Origin: Mayamaea pseudoterrestris
Taxonomy: Eukaryota
Length of the DNA stretch: 64,000 nt
NCBI GenBank assembly: GCA_027923505.1
Contig: BROI01000010.1
Span: 930,001 to 994,000, forward strand
Reading direction: 5' to 3'
The notes beneath the pieces are model-generated. The model was not told the origin of the DNA and made no database searches. It saw only the letters and a list, made by a program, of their open reading frames with translations. Shown here one piece after another: positions 32,774 to 43,981 of this stretch; within the stretch, counting starts at the first letter, position 1, and each line of letters starts with the position of its first letter. The position numbers and the translations under genes were made by a program.

Positions 32774-34420
32774 TCAGAGTACAACATACTCGTCTTCGTC
32801 ACTAGCCACGGACACGTCGTCGTCGAGCAAAGATCCATTCATATTTTGAAACAGCATGTCGTTTATAACCGAAGAAACATTTGACGAGTAGTCTGGTTCC
32901 GTCTCGCAGACGGAGAAGAGCTCGGGCACGTCGGTATTTTCTTTTTTCCATTGATCGAAACTAAAAAGCAAATCGTGGAAATCGCTTCGGTCCTTACAGT
33001 AAAAGCCAAGTGCAACACTTGGATCCATTTTTGCCAAAGGAAAAGCTTCAGGAAAGTTTGTGTGGACGGATCGGAGGTAATCGTCAGATAGTTCCACCAC
33101 TTGCGACAGCGCACCATTAATAACCGCCGTTCGTTTCCGCGGAGCCGATTGCACCGTGTGCGGATCCAGCCCAAAAATTTTGGATCCATTCGCAACGGCG
33201 CCATAGAACCATCGCGCTCCTCGCGGCCTTCCTCCCAACACACCGATCGACTGGGGCAAGGAAAAAATATGTGCCAACGCCTGCTCGTATGCTTGATTAA
33301 ATGTTTTCAATCCGAGACGAAGCGGAATAAGTAGTACAAGCGATGTATCCCAAGTCACTCTGCTCTCTAACTCGATGAGTTCACACTCCCAGGCATTGTC
33401 AAGTGGATGTAGGGGACTGCTGGCGGCTCGCAAACGAGAGCGCTCCTTTTGAACAAACATTTTGCTGTCACGCGTCATGAGGTCTTCGACGGAACTCTTG
33501 TACAAGGAAGCATCAGCGGCAATATGTAGTCGAAATATTTTGCAATCGTTCTTGTTCAGTTGGGCAGGCTGGGTTTGCATACGCTCATGCATTTCGACAA
33601 GGTCCCTCATGACATAGCAGGCAGTTCCAGGACCATACCATTCGCCAGGCAGTACCTGCCGATCCAGTCCCGCCGCCACCATGTTATGCAAAGAATATAT
33701 ATTGGACTCTGAAGAAGGAAAGTCAGCAAACCAAGTAAGCATGCTTCTGACAAATGGATCTTGCTTTCGCCTTTGTAGTTGCGTCGGCGGTTTCCAATTT
33801 CTACCCTTGTAATGCATTCTCATGGCCTGCGCTAACAACATCATAGCGCTGCGCAACATACACCCCCAACCAGCATCGCTGGTAATTGCATAGGGTGCGA
33901 TTTCAGGGAAGTCGCAGCGATAGGTGAACCAGTAGAGACTATTTTCGTCGTCCCTTTTGACGTCAAAATCGCGAATGGGATGATAGGTTTTCCCAAGCAA
34001 ATGCATGAGCAATTTGTCATTCATGAACTTCGCATGGACAATCGGTTGCTGATTCTGGAAGGAGTAATGCTCTTGTTCATCGCCTGAATAGCTGTACTCT
34101 CTGCAAATGTCAAAGTCGCCCACGAAAGACTTGGCGTTTGGCGACTGTAGAATCGGAACGCAACCTTCCATGTTCTTCATTTCCTCTTCCACCAATTCGT
34201 CCTTGCTTGCTGAGCCACGGAAACTAGACTCTAGGAGTCTCATTAAAGGATTTTTACTGCTGCTGCTGTTTGATGCATTCATGGAGCTCCCGTCCGTTGA
34301 TTCAGTGCGTTCGGGTTCGACGTGAACCAGGACGGTTCCGTCCTTCTTGTCTGTCGAGGACGGCGATGACACGAGAATTGCTGCATCCGAAGATCGAAAT
34401 ATTGATGCCTTGGAAGTCAT
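32774..34420 (-). CDS. ATG4: Autophagy cysteine protease ATG4 (peptidase C54)
   Basis: WFTYR.DF..I, TSDAGWGCMLRS (catalytic Cys), GEWYGP, LIPLRLG, LDPHTVQ, MDPSVALGFYC, C-terminal LIR-like EDEYVVL. Confidence 0.95.
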   Translation of the reverse strand: MTSKASIFRSSDAAILVSSPSSTDKKDGTVLVHVEPERTESTDGSSMNASNSSSSKNPLMRLLESSFRGSASKDELVEEEMKNMEGCVPILQSPNAKSFVGDFDICREYSYSGDEQEHYSFQNQQPIVHAKFMNDKLLMHLLGKTYHPIRDFDVKRDDENSLYWFTYRCDFPEIAPYAITSDAGWGCMLRSAMMLLAQAMRMHYKGRNWKPPTQLQRRKQDPFVRSMLTWFADFPSSESNIYSLHNMVAAGLDRQVLPGEWYGPGTACYVMRDLVEMHERMQTQPAQLNKNDCKIFRLHIAADASLYKSSVEDLMTRDSKMFVQKERSRLRAASSPLHPLDNAWECELIELESRVTWDTSLVLLIPLRLGLKTFNQAYEQALAHIFSLPQSIGVLGGRPRGARWFYGAVANGSKIFGLDPHTVQSAPRKRTAVINGALSQVVELSDDYLRSVHTNFPEAFPLAKMDPSVALGFYCKDRSDFHDLLFSFDQWKKENTDVPELFSVCETEPDYSSNVSSVINDMLFQNMNGSLLDDDVSVASDEDEYVVL

Positions 34421-34870
34421 TCTGCATAGGCTCGACGGTGGTCCGATGGATCAGGCGAGTCGAGCTTTTGCTGCATGTAATGGTCTCTGCATTTCGCTCA
34501 TGATACGCAAGCCAAATTCTCGGAGCGCTTCCAAAATAAGGTCTTATCGTTACTCACAAGTACCGTGGAGTACCGTGCGACGTCACAAAACCACGAAAGG
34601 GGCAATAATACAAACGACGCACAACCTTGGGACTTCTAAACAGGGCAATATAAATGAATGTTCGCAGCGATCATCAGTCTTTAAGCGTAACCCTATGCAT
34701 CCATGCAGTCATTTGAGGAGCGACCACAGTCAAAACTATAATGAATGTGCGACGCTGCGGATTTGAGCCGAGCAAGCAAAACAATGGACACCAAGTCCAG
34801 CGCTGCAAGGAACAAGATTTGCATCGAAAACATTGACAGTGAGTGCTAACGCTCGAGTATCTTCTGCAAG

Positions 34871-35394
34871 CAAACGCCCCATGCCCTGCCACCCAAATAG
34901 CCAATGAGTCAGGCAAAACCTGTCCAGGGTATGCCATTGACAGGTGCAGAGTCTCAAATGGTGCAAAAGGACGGCCTGGAGGCTGACACCATGGGTACGG
35001 CCTCCACTGTGGGTATGGCCAACACCACAAGTTGTAGATTCTTACCTGTCAAACGCCCCATGCCCTGGCCACCCAAATACCCAATGAGTCAGGCAAAACA
35101 TGTTCAGGGTATGCAATTGACAGGTGCAGAGTCTCAAATGGTGCAAAAAGGACTGCCTGGAGGCTGACACCATGGGTACGGCCTCCACTGTGGGTATGGC
35201 CAACACCACAAGTTGTAGATTCTTACCTGTCAAACGCCCCGTGCCCTGGCCACCCAACAACCCAATGAGTCAGGCAAAACATGTCCAGTGTGTGCCATTG
35301 ACATGAGGATGGTCTGACATGGTGCAAAACGGACTGCCTGGAGGCCTACACCATGGAATGGTCTGCAGGATGGGGTGGCCAACACCCTAAATTA
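34871..35394. repeat. Satellite A (~181-bp monomer), ~3 copies; the last is of the A-variant type
   Basis: CAAACGCCCCATGCCCTGGCCACCCAAATACCCAATGAGTCAGGC.. repeated; the third copy carries GACATGAGGATGG and AAATTATG variants also seen after 62.3 kb. Confidence 0.9.
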
Positions 35395-35532
35395 TGAGAC
35401 TGGTGACAAGTTGTCACCAAATACATTGCCATCCCCTGAGACACCATCCAAGCCTACCATGTTGTAGCACAGCCTGAATAAGGATGTTGGCACCATTCTG
35501 GTTCTTTTTGGGCACCTACAGGTCTTGCTGTA

Positions 35533-37517
35533 TGACACAATATTATTGAGTTGAGTTGACCTGCGTCTTATGACAAGACGGTTAGCTACCTGTGTTTTTG
35601 TATGCATTTAATCCTGTGCAGGGTTGAGTCACACTTGTGACCGAATCCTCACATACATGAGTGAAATCGCTGACGATCGAGGCGTGAACCTCGACCGTGA
35701 ACCCAGTGAGAACGAGAAAGAAGCGCACGAGTAGAGTAGCGAGTAACATGCACTATTCTAGCAATTGAGTTTGTTTGTTTGCTTTACGCTGGACGAAGAG
35801 GTTGATCGCTCCGAGTCCATTGTAGTCGCTGGAATAAAGGTTCGTCTGATATTATCGTGTCAGATTAACAGTCTTGCTAGCTTGTCTTGACCTGAGAGAG
35901 CTGTGCGAAAGAGAGAGAGTAATCGACAGAAATCTAGGAGAAAGAGCAGATTCCTTGCGGCGTCGTCAATCCGAATACTTGGCACGAGCCGCAGAACAGG
36001 TATCGTATAAAGCTCACTGCATTGCAGAGCTTGTTCGTGAAGAAGGACTTGGCAAGCGAGGTATACACATCATGGTTGGCCATTACTGCGGAAGCTTTGC
36101 GGCATCTCTGCACGAGGACGAGACATCCAAGAAGCGTTCTTGTTTTGGAATGTACCACCACTACGCCAGACTGTTGACAATTGTCACCAAATACATTGCC
36201 ATCCCCTGAGACACCAACCAAGCCTACCATCTTGTAGCGCTGCCTGATTAATGATGTTGGCACCATTCTGGTGTATTTTGGGCCCCTACAGGGCTTGCTG
36301 TAGGGGCGTTTGAATGTCACGGCATCTGCGGGCTGAGACTGGTGACAAGTTGTCACCAAATACATCGCCATCCCCTGAGACACCATCCAAGCCTACCATG
36401 TTGTAGCACAGCCTGAATAAGGATGTTGGTACCATTCTAGTGTATGTTGGGCACCTACAGGGCTTGCTGTAGTGGCGTTTGAATGTCACGGCGGCGGGCT
36501 GGATCGGCGAACTGAGACTGGTGACAAGTTGTCACCAAATACTGCCATCCCCAGACAAGGCCTGCCATTTTGTAGCGCAGCCTGAATAAGATGTGGGCAC
36601 CATTCTGGTGTATTTTGGGCACCTACAGGGCTTGCTGAGGGCGTTTTTGAATGTCACGGCATCCGTGGGCTGCATGGCTGACAAGTTGTCACCAAACATT
36701 GCATCCCCTGAGACACCAGCCAAGCCTACCATCTTGTCGCGCAGCCTGATTAAGGATGTTGGCACCATTCTGTATTTTAGGCACCTACAGGGCTTGCTGT
36801 AGGGGTGTCACGGATCTGCGGGCTAAAACTGGTGAAGTTGTCACCAAAACCCCCTGAGACACCAGCCAAGCCTACCATCTTGTAGCGCAGCTTATGATTA
36901 ATGTAATGGCACCATTTGTGTGTATTTTGGGCGCGGGCTTGCTGTAGGGGCATTTGAATGTCATGGCTCGCTTTGCGGGCTGAGTGACACAATATTGCTG
37001 AGTTGAGCTGACCTGGTCTTATGACAAGACGGTTAGCTACCTGTGTTTTGTATGCATTTAATCCTGTGCAGGGTTGAGTCACACTTATGACGACGCATGC
37101 TGCGTTCCGACCCCTGATCATTCCGATTCTTTTCTGGAAGGGTGATACGGCAAACCGATCGTTGTCACAAGCCTAGATCAAGGGGGATGACACAATATTA
37201 TTGAGTTGAGTTGACCTGCGTCTTATGACAAGACGGTTAGCTACCTGTGTTTTTGTATGCATTTAATCCTGTGCAGGGTTGAGTCACACTTGTGACCGAA
37301 TCCTCACATACATGAGTGAAATCGCTGACGATCGAGGCGTGAACCTCGACCGTGAACCCAGTGAGAACGAGAAAGAAGCGCACGAGTAGAGTAGCGAGTA
37401 ACATGCACTATTCTAGCAATTGAGTTTGTTTGTTTGCTTTACGCTGGACGAAGAGGTTGATCGCTCCGAGTCCATTGTAGTCGCTGGAATAAAGGTTCGT
37501 CTGATATTATCGTGTCA
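35533..37517 (+). mobile_element. Ty1/copia LTR retrotransposon insertion 1: 5' LTR 35533-35862, PBS 35863-35876, PPT 37180-37187, 3' LTR 37188-37517; most of gag-pol absent in this sequence
   Basis: 330-bp direct repeats TGACAC..GTGTCA, TSD CTGTA at 35528-35532 and 37518-37522, AAGGGGGA immediately before the 3' LTR, pol tail FRPLIIPILFWKGDT..stop before the PPT, AATAAA inside the LTR. Confidence 0.9.
36985..37088 (+). mobile_element. Partial LTR copy (5' ~100 bp) with the same satellite junction as insertion 2
   Basis: GCGGGCTGAG|TGACACAATATT junction matches that at 38743; probably an assembly duplicate. Confidence 0.6.
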
Positions 37518-38742
37518 CTGTAGGGGCGTTTGAATGTCATGGCATCTGCGACTGAGACTGGTGACAAGTTGTCACCAAATATATTGCCATCCCCTGAGAC
37601 ACCAGCCAAGCCTACCATCTTGTAGCGCAGCCTGAATAATGATGTTGGCACCATTCTGGTGTATTTTGGGCACCTACAGGTCTTGCTGTAGGGGCGTTTG
37701 AATGTCACGGCATCTGCGGGCTGAGACTGGTGACAAGTTGTCACCAAATACATTGCCATCCCCTGAGACACCAGCCAAGAATGCCATCTTGTAGCGCAGC
37801 CTGAATAAGGATGTTGGCACCATTTGGGTGTATTTTGGGCACCTACAGGGCTTGCTGTAGGGGCGTTTGAATGTCACGGCATCTGCGGGCTGAGACTGGT
37901 GACAAGTTGTCACCAAATACATTGCCATCCCCTGAGACACCAACCAAGCCTACCATCTTGTAGCGCTGCCTGATTAATGATGTTGGCACCATTCTGGTGT
38001 ATTTTGGGCACCTACAGGGCTTGCTGTAGGGGCGTTTGAATGTCACGGCATCTGCGGGCTGAGACTGGTGACAAGTTGTCACCAAATACATCGCCATCCC
38101 CTGAGACACCATCCAAGCCTACCATGTTGTAGCACAGCCTGAATAAGGATGTTGGTACCATTCTGGTGTATGTTGGGCACCTACAGGGCTTGCTGTAGTG
38201 GCGTTTGAATGTCACGGCATCGGCGGGCTGAGACTGGTGACAAGTTGTCACCAAATACATTGCCATCCCCTGAGACACCAGCCAAGCCTGCCATTTTGTA
38301 GCGCAGCCTGAATAAGGATGTGGGCACCATTCTGGTGTATTTTGGGCACCTACAGGGCTTGCTGTAGGGGCGTTTGAATGTCACGGCATCCGTGGGCTGA
38401 GACTGGTGACAAGTTGTCACCAAATACATTGCCATCCCCTGAGACACCAGCCAAGCCTACCATCTTGTCGCGCAGCCTGATTAAGGATGTTGGCACCATT
38501 CTGGTGTATTTTAGGCACCTACAGGGCTTGCTGTAGGGGCGCTTGAATGTCACGGCATCTGCGGGCTAAAACTGGTGACAAGTTGTCACCAAATACATTG
38601 CCATCCCCTGAGACACCAGCCAAGCCTACCATCTTGTAGCGCAGCTTGATTAATGATATTGGCACCATTTGTGTGTATTTTGGGCACCTACAGGGCTTGC
38701 TGTAGGGGCATTTGAATGTCATGGCAGCATCTGCGGGCTGAG

Positions 38743-40028
38743 TGACACAATATTATTGAGTTGAGTTGACCTGCGTCTTATGACAAGACGGTTAGCTACC
38801 TGTGTTTTGTATGCATTTAATCCTGTGCAGGGTTGAGTCACACTTGTGACCGAATCCTCACATACATGAGTGAAATCACTGACGATCGAGGCGTGAACCT
38901 CGACCGTGAACCCAGTGAGAACGAGAAAGAAGCGCACGAGTAGAGTAGCGAGTAACATGCACTATTCTAGCAATTGAGTTTGTTTGTTTGCTTTACGCTG
39001 GACGAAGAGGTTGATCGCTCCTAGTCCATTGTAGTCGCTGGAATAAAGGTTCGTCTGATATTATCGTGTCAGATTAACAGTCTTGCTAGCTTGTCTTGAC
39101 CTGAGAGAGCTGTGAGAGTGACAAGTTGTCATTAAATACATTGCCATCCCTGAGACACCAGCCACGCCTACTCATCTTAGCGCAGTCGAATAAGGATATT
39201 GGCACCTTTCTGGTGTATTTTTTGGCACCTAAGGCTTGCTGTAGGGGCGCGAATGTACGGCAGTGGCTGAGACTGGTGACAAGTTGTCACCAATGCATTA
39301 AGCACCTGAGAACCATCCAAGCCTACCATCTTGTAGCGCAGCCTGAATAATGATGTTGGTACCATTCTGGTGGGGAGTGTTGGGCACCTACAGGGTTGCT
39401 GTAGGGGGCGTTTGAACGTCGGCATCTGCGGGCTGAGACTGGAGGACAAGTTGTACCAATACATGAATCCCTTTCTTCTAGAGAGCACCAGCCAAGACTG
39501 CCATCTTGTAGCGCAGCTCTGAATTAAGGATGTTGGCACCATTCGCAGTGTATTTTGGGCACCTACAGGGGGCCAAGCAGAACGTTGCCGACGTTCTTAC
39601 CAAGTTCTTGCCGCATGCCACGTTCCGACCCCTGATCATTCCGATTCTTTTCTGGAAGGGTGATACGGCAAACCGATCGTTGTCACAAGCCTAGATCAAG
39701 GGGGATGACACAATATTATTGAGTTGAGTTGACCTGCGTCTTATGACAAGACGGTTAGCTACCTGTGTTTTGTATGCATTTAATCCTGTGCAGGGTTGAG
39801 TCACACTTGTGACCGAATCCTCACATACATGAGTGAAATCGCTGACGATCGAGGCGTGAACCTCGACCGTGAACCCAGTGAGAACGAGAGGAAAGCACCG
39901 CGAGAGTGCGAGTAACATGCACTATTCTAGCAATTGAGTTTTGTTTGTTTGCTTTACGCGACAAGGTTGATCGCTCCTAGTCCATTGTAGTCTACTGGAA
40001 TAAAGGTTCGTCTGATATTATCGTGTCA
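38743..40028 (+). mobile_element. Ty1/copia LTR retrotransposon insertion 2: 5' LTR 38743-39071, PBS from 39072, RNase H tail 39575-39694, PPT 39698-39705, 3' LTR 39706-40028
   Basis: Same LTR family. 39575-39694 reads KQNVADVLTKFLPHATFRPLIIPILFWKGDTANRSLSQA*, containing the copia RNase H ADxLTK motif. TSD CTGAG on the left and C-GAG (1-nt deletion) on the right. Confidence 0.88.
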
Positions 40029-42162
40029 CGAGACTGGTGACAGTGTCATTAAATAAATTGCCATCGCCTGAGACACCAGACACGCCTAGCATCTTGTAGC
40101 GCAGCCGGAATAAGGATATTGGCACCTTTCTGGTGTATTTTTGGCACCTACAGGGCTTGCTGTAGGGGCGTTTGAATGTCACGGCATCTGCGGGCTGAGA
40201 CTGGTGACAAGTTGTCACCAAATGCATTGCCATCCCCTGAGACACCATCCAAGCCTACCATCTTGTAGCGCATCCTGAATAATGATGTTGGTACCATTCT
40301 GGTGTATGTTGGGCACCTACAGGGCTTGCTGTAGGGGCGTTTGAATGTCACGGCATCTGCGGGCTGAGACTGGTGACAAGTTGTCACCAAATACATTGCC
40401 ATCCCCTGAGACACCAGCCAAGACTGCCATCTTGTAGCGCAGCCTGAATAAGGATGTTGGCAGAGACTGGTGACAGTGTCATTAAATAAATTGCCATCGC
40501 CTGAGACACCAGACACGCCTACCATCTTGTAGCGCAGCCGGAATAAGGATATTGGCACCTTTCTGGTGTATTTTTGGCACCTACAGGGCTTGCTGTAGGG
40601 GCGTTTGAATGTCACGGCATCTGCGGGCTGAGACTGGTGACAAGTTGTCACCAAATGCATTGCCATCCCCTGAGACACCATCCAAGCCTACCATCTTGTA
40701 GCGCATCCTGAATAATGATGTTGGTACCATTCTGGTGTATGTTGGGCACCTACAGGGCTTGCTGTAGGGGCGTTTGAATGTCACGGCATCTGCGGGCTGA
40801 GACTGGTGACAAGTTGTCACCAAATACATTGCCATCCCCTGAGACACCAGCCAAGACTGCCATCTTGTAGCGCAGCCTGAATAAGGATGTTGGCACCAGT
40901 GTTTGGGCACCTACAGGGCTTGCTGTAGGGGTGTTTGAATGTCACGGCATCTGCGGGCTGAGACTGGTGACAACTTGTCACCAAATACATTGCCATCCCC
41001 TGAGACACCAGTCAAGCCAACAAACTTTTAGCGCAACCTGCATAATGATGTTGGCTCCATGTTGGTGTATTTTGGGCATCTACCAGGCCTGCTGTAGGTC
41101 TGTTAGAATATCACGGCATCTGCGGGCTGAGACTGGTGTTAAGTTGTCACCAAATACATTGCCACCCACTGAGACACCAGCCAAGCCTACCATCTTGTAG
41201 CGCAACCAGATTAATGATGTTGGCACCATTTGGGTGTATTTAGGGCACCTACAGGGCTTGCTGTAGTGGCGTTTGAATGTCACGGCATCTGCTGGCTGAG
41301 ACTGGTGACAAGTTGACACCAAATACATTGCCATCCCCTGAGACACCAGCCAAACCTACCATCTTGTAGCGCAGCCTGAATAAGGATGTTGGCACCATTC
41401 TGGAGTATTTTGGGCACCTACAGGGCTTGCTGTAGGGGCATTTTATTGTCACGGCATCTGCGGGCTGAGACTGGTGACAAGTTGTCACCAAATACATTGC
41501 CATCCCCTGAGACACCAGCCAAGCCTACGATGTTGTAGCGCAGCCTGAATAAGGATGTTGGCACCATTCGTGTGTATTTTGGGCACCTACAGGGCTTGCT
41601 GTAGGGGCGTTTGAATGTCACGGCATCTGCGGGCAGAGACTGGTGACAAATTGTCACCAAAAGCATTGCCATCCCCTGAGACACCAGCCAAGCCTACCAT
41701 CTTGTAGCGCAGCCTGAATAATGATGTTGGCACCTTTCTGGTGCTTTTTGGGCACCTACAGGGCTTGCTGGAGGGGCGTTTGAATGTCACGGCATCTGCG
41801 GGCTGAGACTGGTGGCAAGTTGTCACCAAATACATTGCCATCCCCTGAGACACCAGCCAAGCCTACCATCTTGTAGCGCAGCCTGATCATTGATGGTGGC
41901 ACCATTCTGGTGCTTTTTTGGCACCTACAGGGCTTGCTGTAGGGGCGTTTGAATGTCACGGCATCTGCGGGCTGAGACTGGTGACAAGTTGTCACCAAAT
42001 ACATTGCCATACCCTGAGACACCAGCCAAGCTACCATCTTGTAGCGCAGCCTGAATAATGATGTTAGCACCATTCTGGTGTATTTTGAGCACCTACAGGG
42101 CTTGCTGAAGGGGCGTTTGAATGTCACGGCATCTGCTGGCTGAGACTGGTGACAAGTTGTCA

Positions 42163-43906
42163 TTGACCTGTCAAACGCCCCATGCCCTGGCCACCCAAAT
42201 ACCCAATGAGTTAGGCAAAACATTCCACGGTATGCCATGGATAGGTGCAGAGTCTCAAATGGTGCAAAAAAGGACTGCCTGGAGGCTGACGCCATGGGTA
42301 CGGCCTCCACTGTGGGTATGGCCAACACCACAAGTTGTAGAATCTGACCTGTCAAACGCCCCATGCCCTGGCCACCCAAATACCCAATGCGTCAGGCAAA
42401 ACCTGTCCAGGGTATGCCATTGACAGGTGCAGAGTCTCATAATGGTGCAAAAAGGACTGCCTGGAGGCTGACACCATGGGTACGGCCTACACTGTGGGTA
42501 TGGCCAACACCACAAGTTATAGATTCTGACCTGTCAAACGCCCCATGCCCTGGTCACCCAAATACCCAATGAGTCATGCAAAACATGTCCAGGGTATGCC
42601 ATTGACAGGTGCAGAGTCTCAAATGGTGCAAACAGGACTGCCTGGAGGCTGACACCGTGGGTACGGCCTCCACGTGGGTTTGGCCAACACCACAAGTTGT
42701 AGATTCTGACCTGTCAAATGCCCCATGCCCTGGCCACCCAAACTCCCAATGAGTCAGGCAAAACATGTCTAAATTATGCCATTGACAGGTGCAGAGTCTC
42801 AAATGGTGCAAAAAGGACTGCCTGGAGGCTGACACCGTGAGTACTTCCGCCTCCACTGTGGGTATGGCCAACACCACAAGTTGTAGATTCTGACCTGTCA
42901 AACGCCCCATGCCCTGGCCACCCAAATACCCAAAAAGTCGGGCAGAAAAATGTCCAGGGTATGCCATTGACAGGTGCAGAGTCTCAAATGGTGCCATAAG
43001 GACTGCCTGGAGGCTGACACCATGGGTACGGCCTCCACTGTGGGTGTGGCCAACACCACAAGTTTTAGAATTCTGACCTGTCAAACGCCGCATGCCCTGG
43101 CCACCCAAATACCCAATGAGCCATACAAAACATGTCCAGGGTATGCCATTGACAGGTGCAGAGTCTCAAATGGTGCAAAAAGGACTGCCTGGAGGCTGAC
43201 ACCATGGGTACGGCCTCCACTGTGGGTATGGCCAACACCACATGTTGCAGATTCTTCCCTGCCAAACGCCCCATGCCCTGGCCACCCAAATACCCAATGA
43301 GTCAGGCAAAACATGTCCAAAGTATGCCATTGACAGGTGCAGAGTCTCAAATGGTGCAAAAAGGACTGCCTGGAGGCTGACACCATGGGTACGGCCTCCA
43401 TGGTAAGTATGGCCAACACCACAAGTTTTAGAATTCTGACCTGTCAAACGCCCCATGCCCAGGCCACCCAAATACCCAATGAGTCAGGCAAACCATGTCC
43501 AGGGTATGTCATTGACAGGTGCAGAGTCTCAAATGGTGCAAAAAGGACTGCATGAAGGCTGACACCATGGGTATGGCCTCCACTGTGGGTATGGCCAACA
43601 CCACAAGTTTTCAATTCTTACCTGTCAAACGCCCCATGCCCTGGCCACCCAAATACCCAATGAGTCAGGCAAAACATGTCCAGGGTATGCCATTGACAGG
43701 TGCAGAGTCTCAAATGGTGCAAAAAGGACTGCCTGGAGGCTGACACCATGGGTACGACCTCCACTGTGGGAATGGCCAACACCACAAGTTGCAGATTCTT
43801 CCCTGTCAAACGCCCCATGCCCTGGCCACCCAAATACCCAATGAGTCAGGCAAAACATGTCCAGGGTATGCCATAGACAGGTGCAGAGTCTCAAATGGTG
43901 CAAAAA
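42163..43906. repeat. Satellite A (181-bp monomer), ~9.5 moderately diverged copies
   Basis: Tandem TGACCTGTCAAACGCCCCATGCCCTGG.. units at ~181-bp spacing. Confidence 0.95.
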
Positions 43907-43981
43907 ATGGCTGTCCTGCCATGGTACTGGAAGGGTGCCATGGATTGGTATAGTCTGAATTTCATTGTTTTATGAACCATA

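Larger units (their letters stand above)
35395..42162. repeat. Satellite B (169-bp monomer), interrupted by LTR-retrotransposon pieces
   Basis: GAGACTGGTGACAAGTTGTCACCAAATACATTGCCATCCCCTGAGACACC.. repeated; ORF-track ends recur every 169 bp (37674, 37843, 38012, 38181, 38350, 38519). Confidence 0.95.

Noticed and set aside
40030..40900. 433-bp higher-order duplication within satellite B
   Set aside because: Two near-identical copies lie next to a suspect LTR junction, with a third noisy copy at 39.1-39.6 kb; cannot be distinguished from an assembly artefact.
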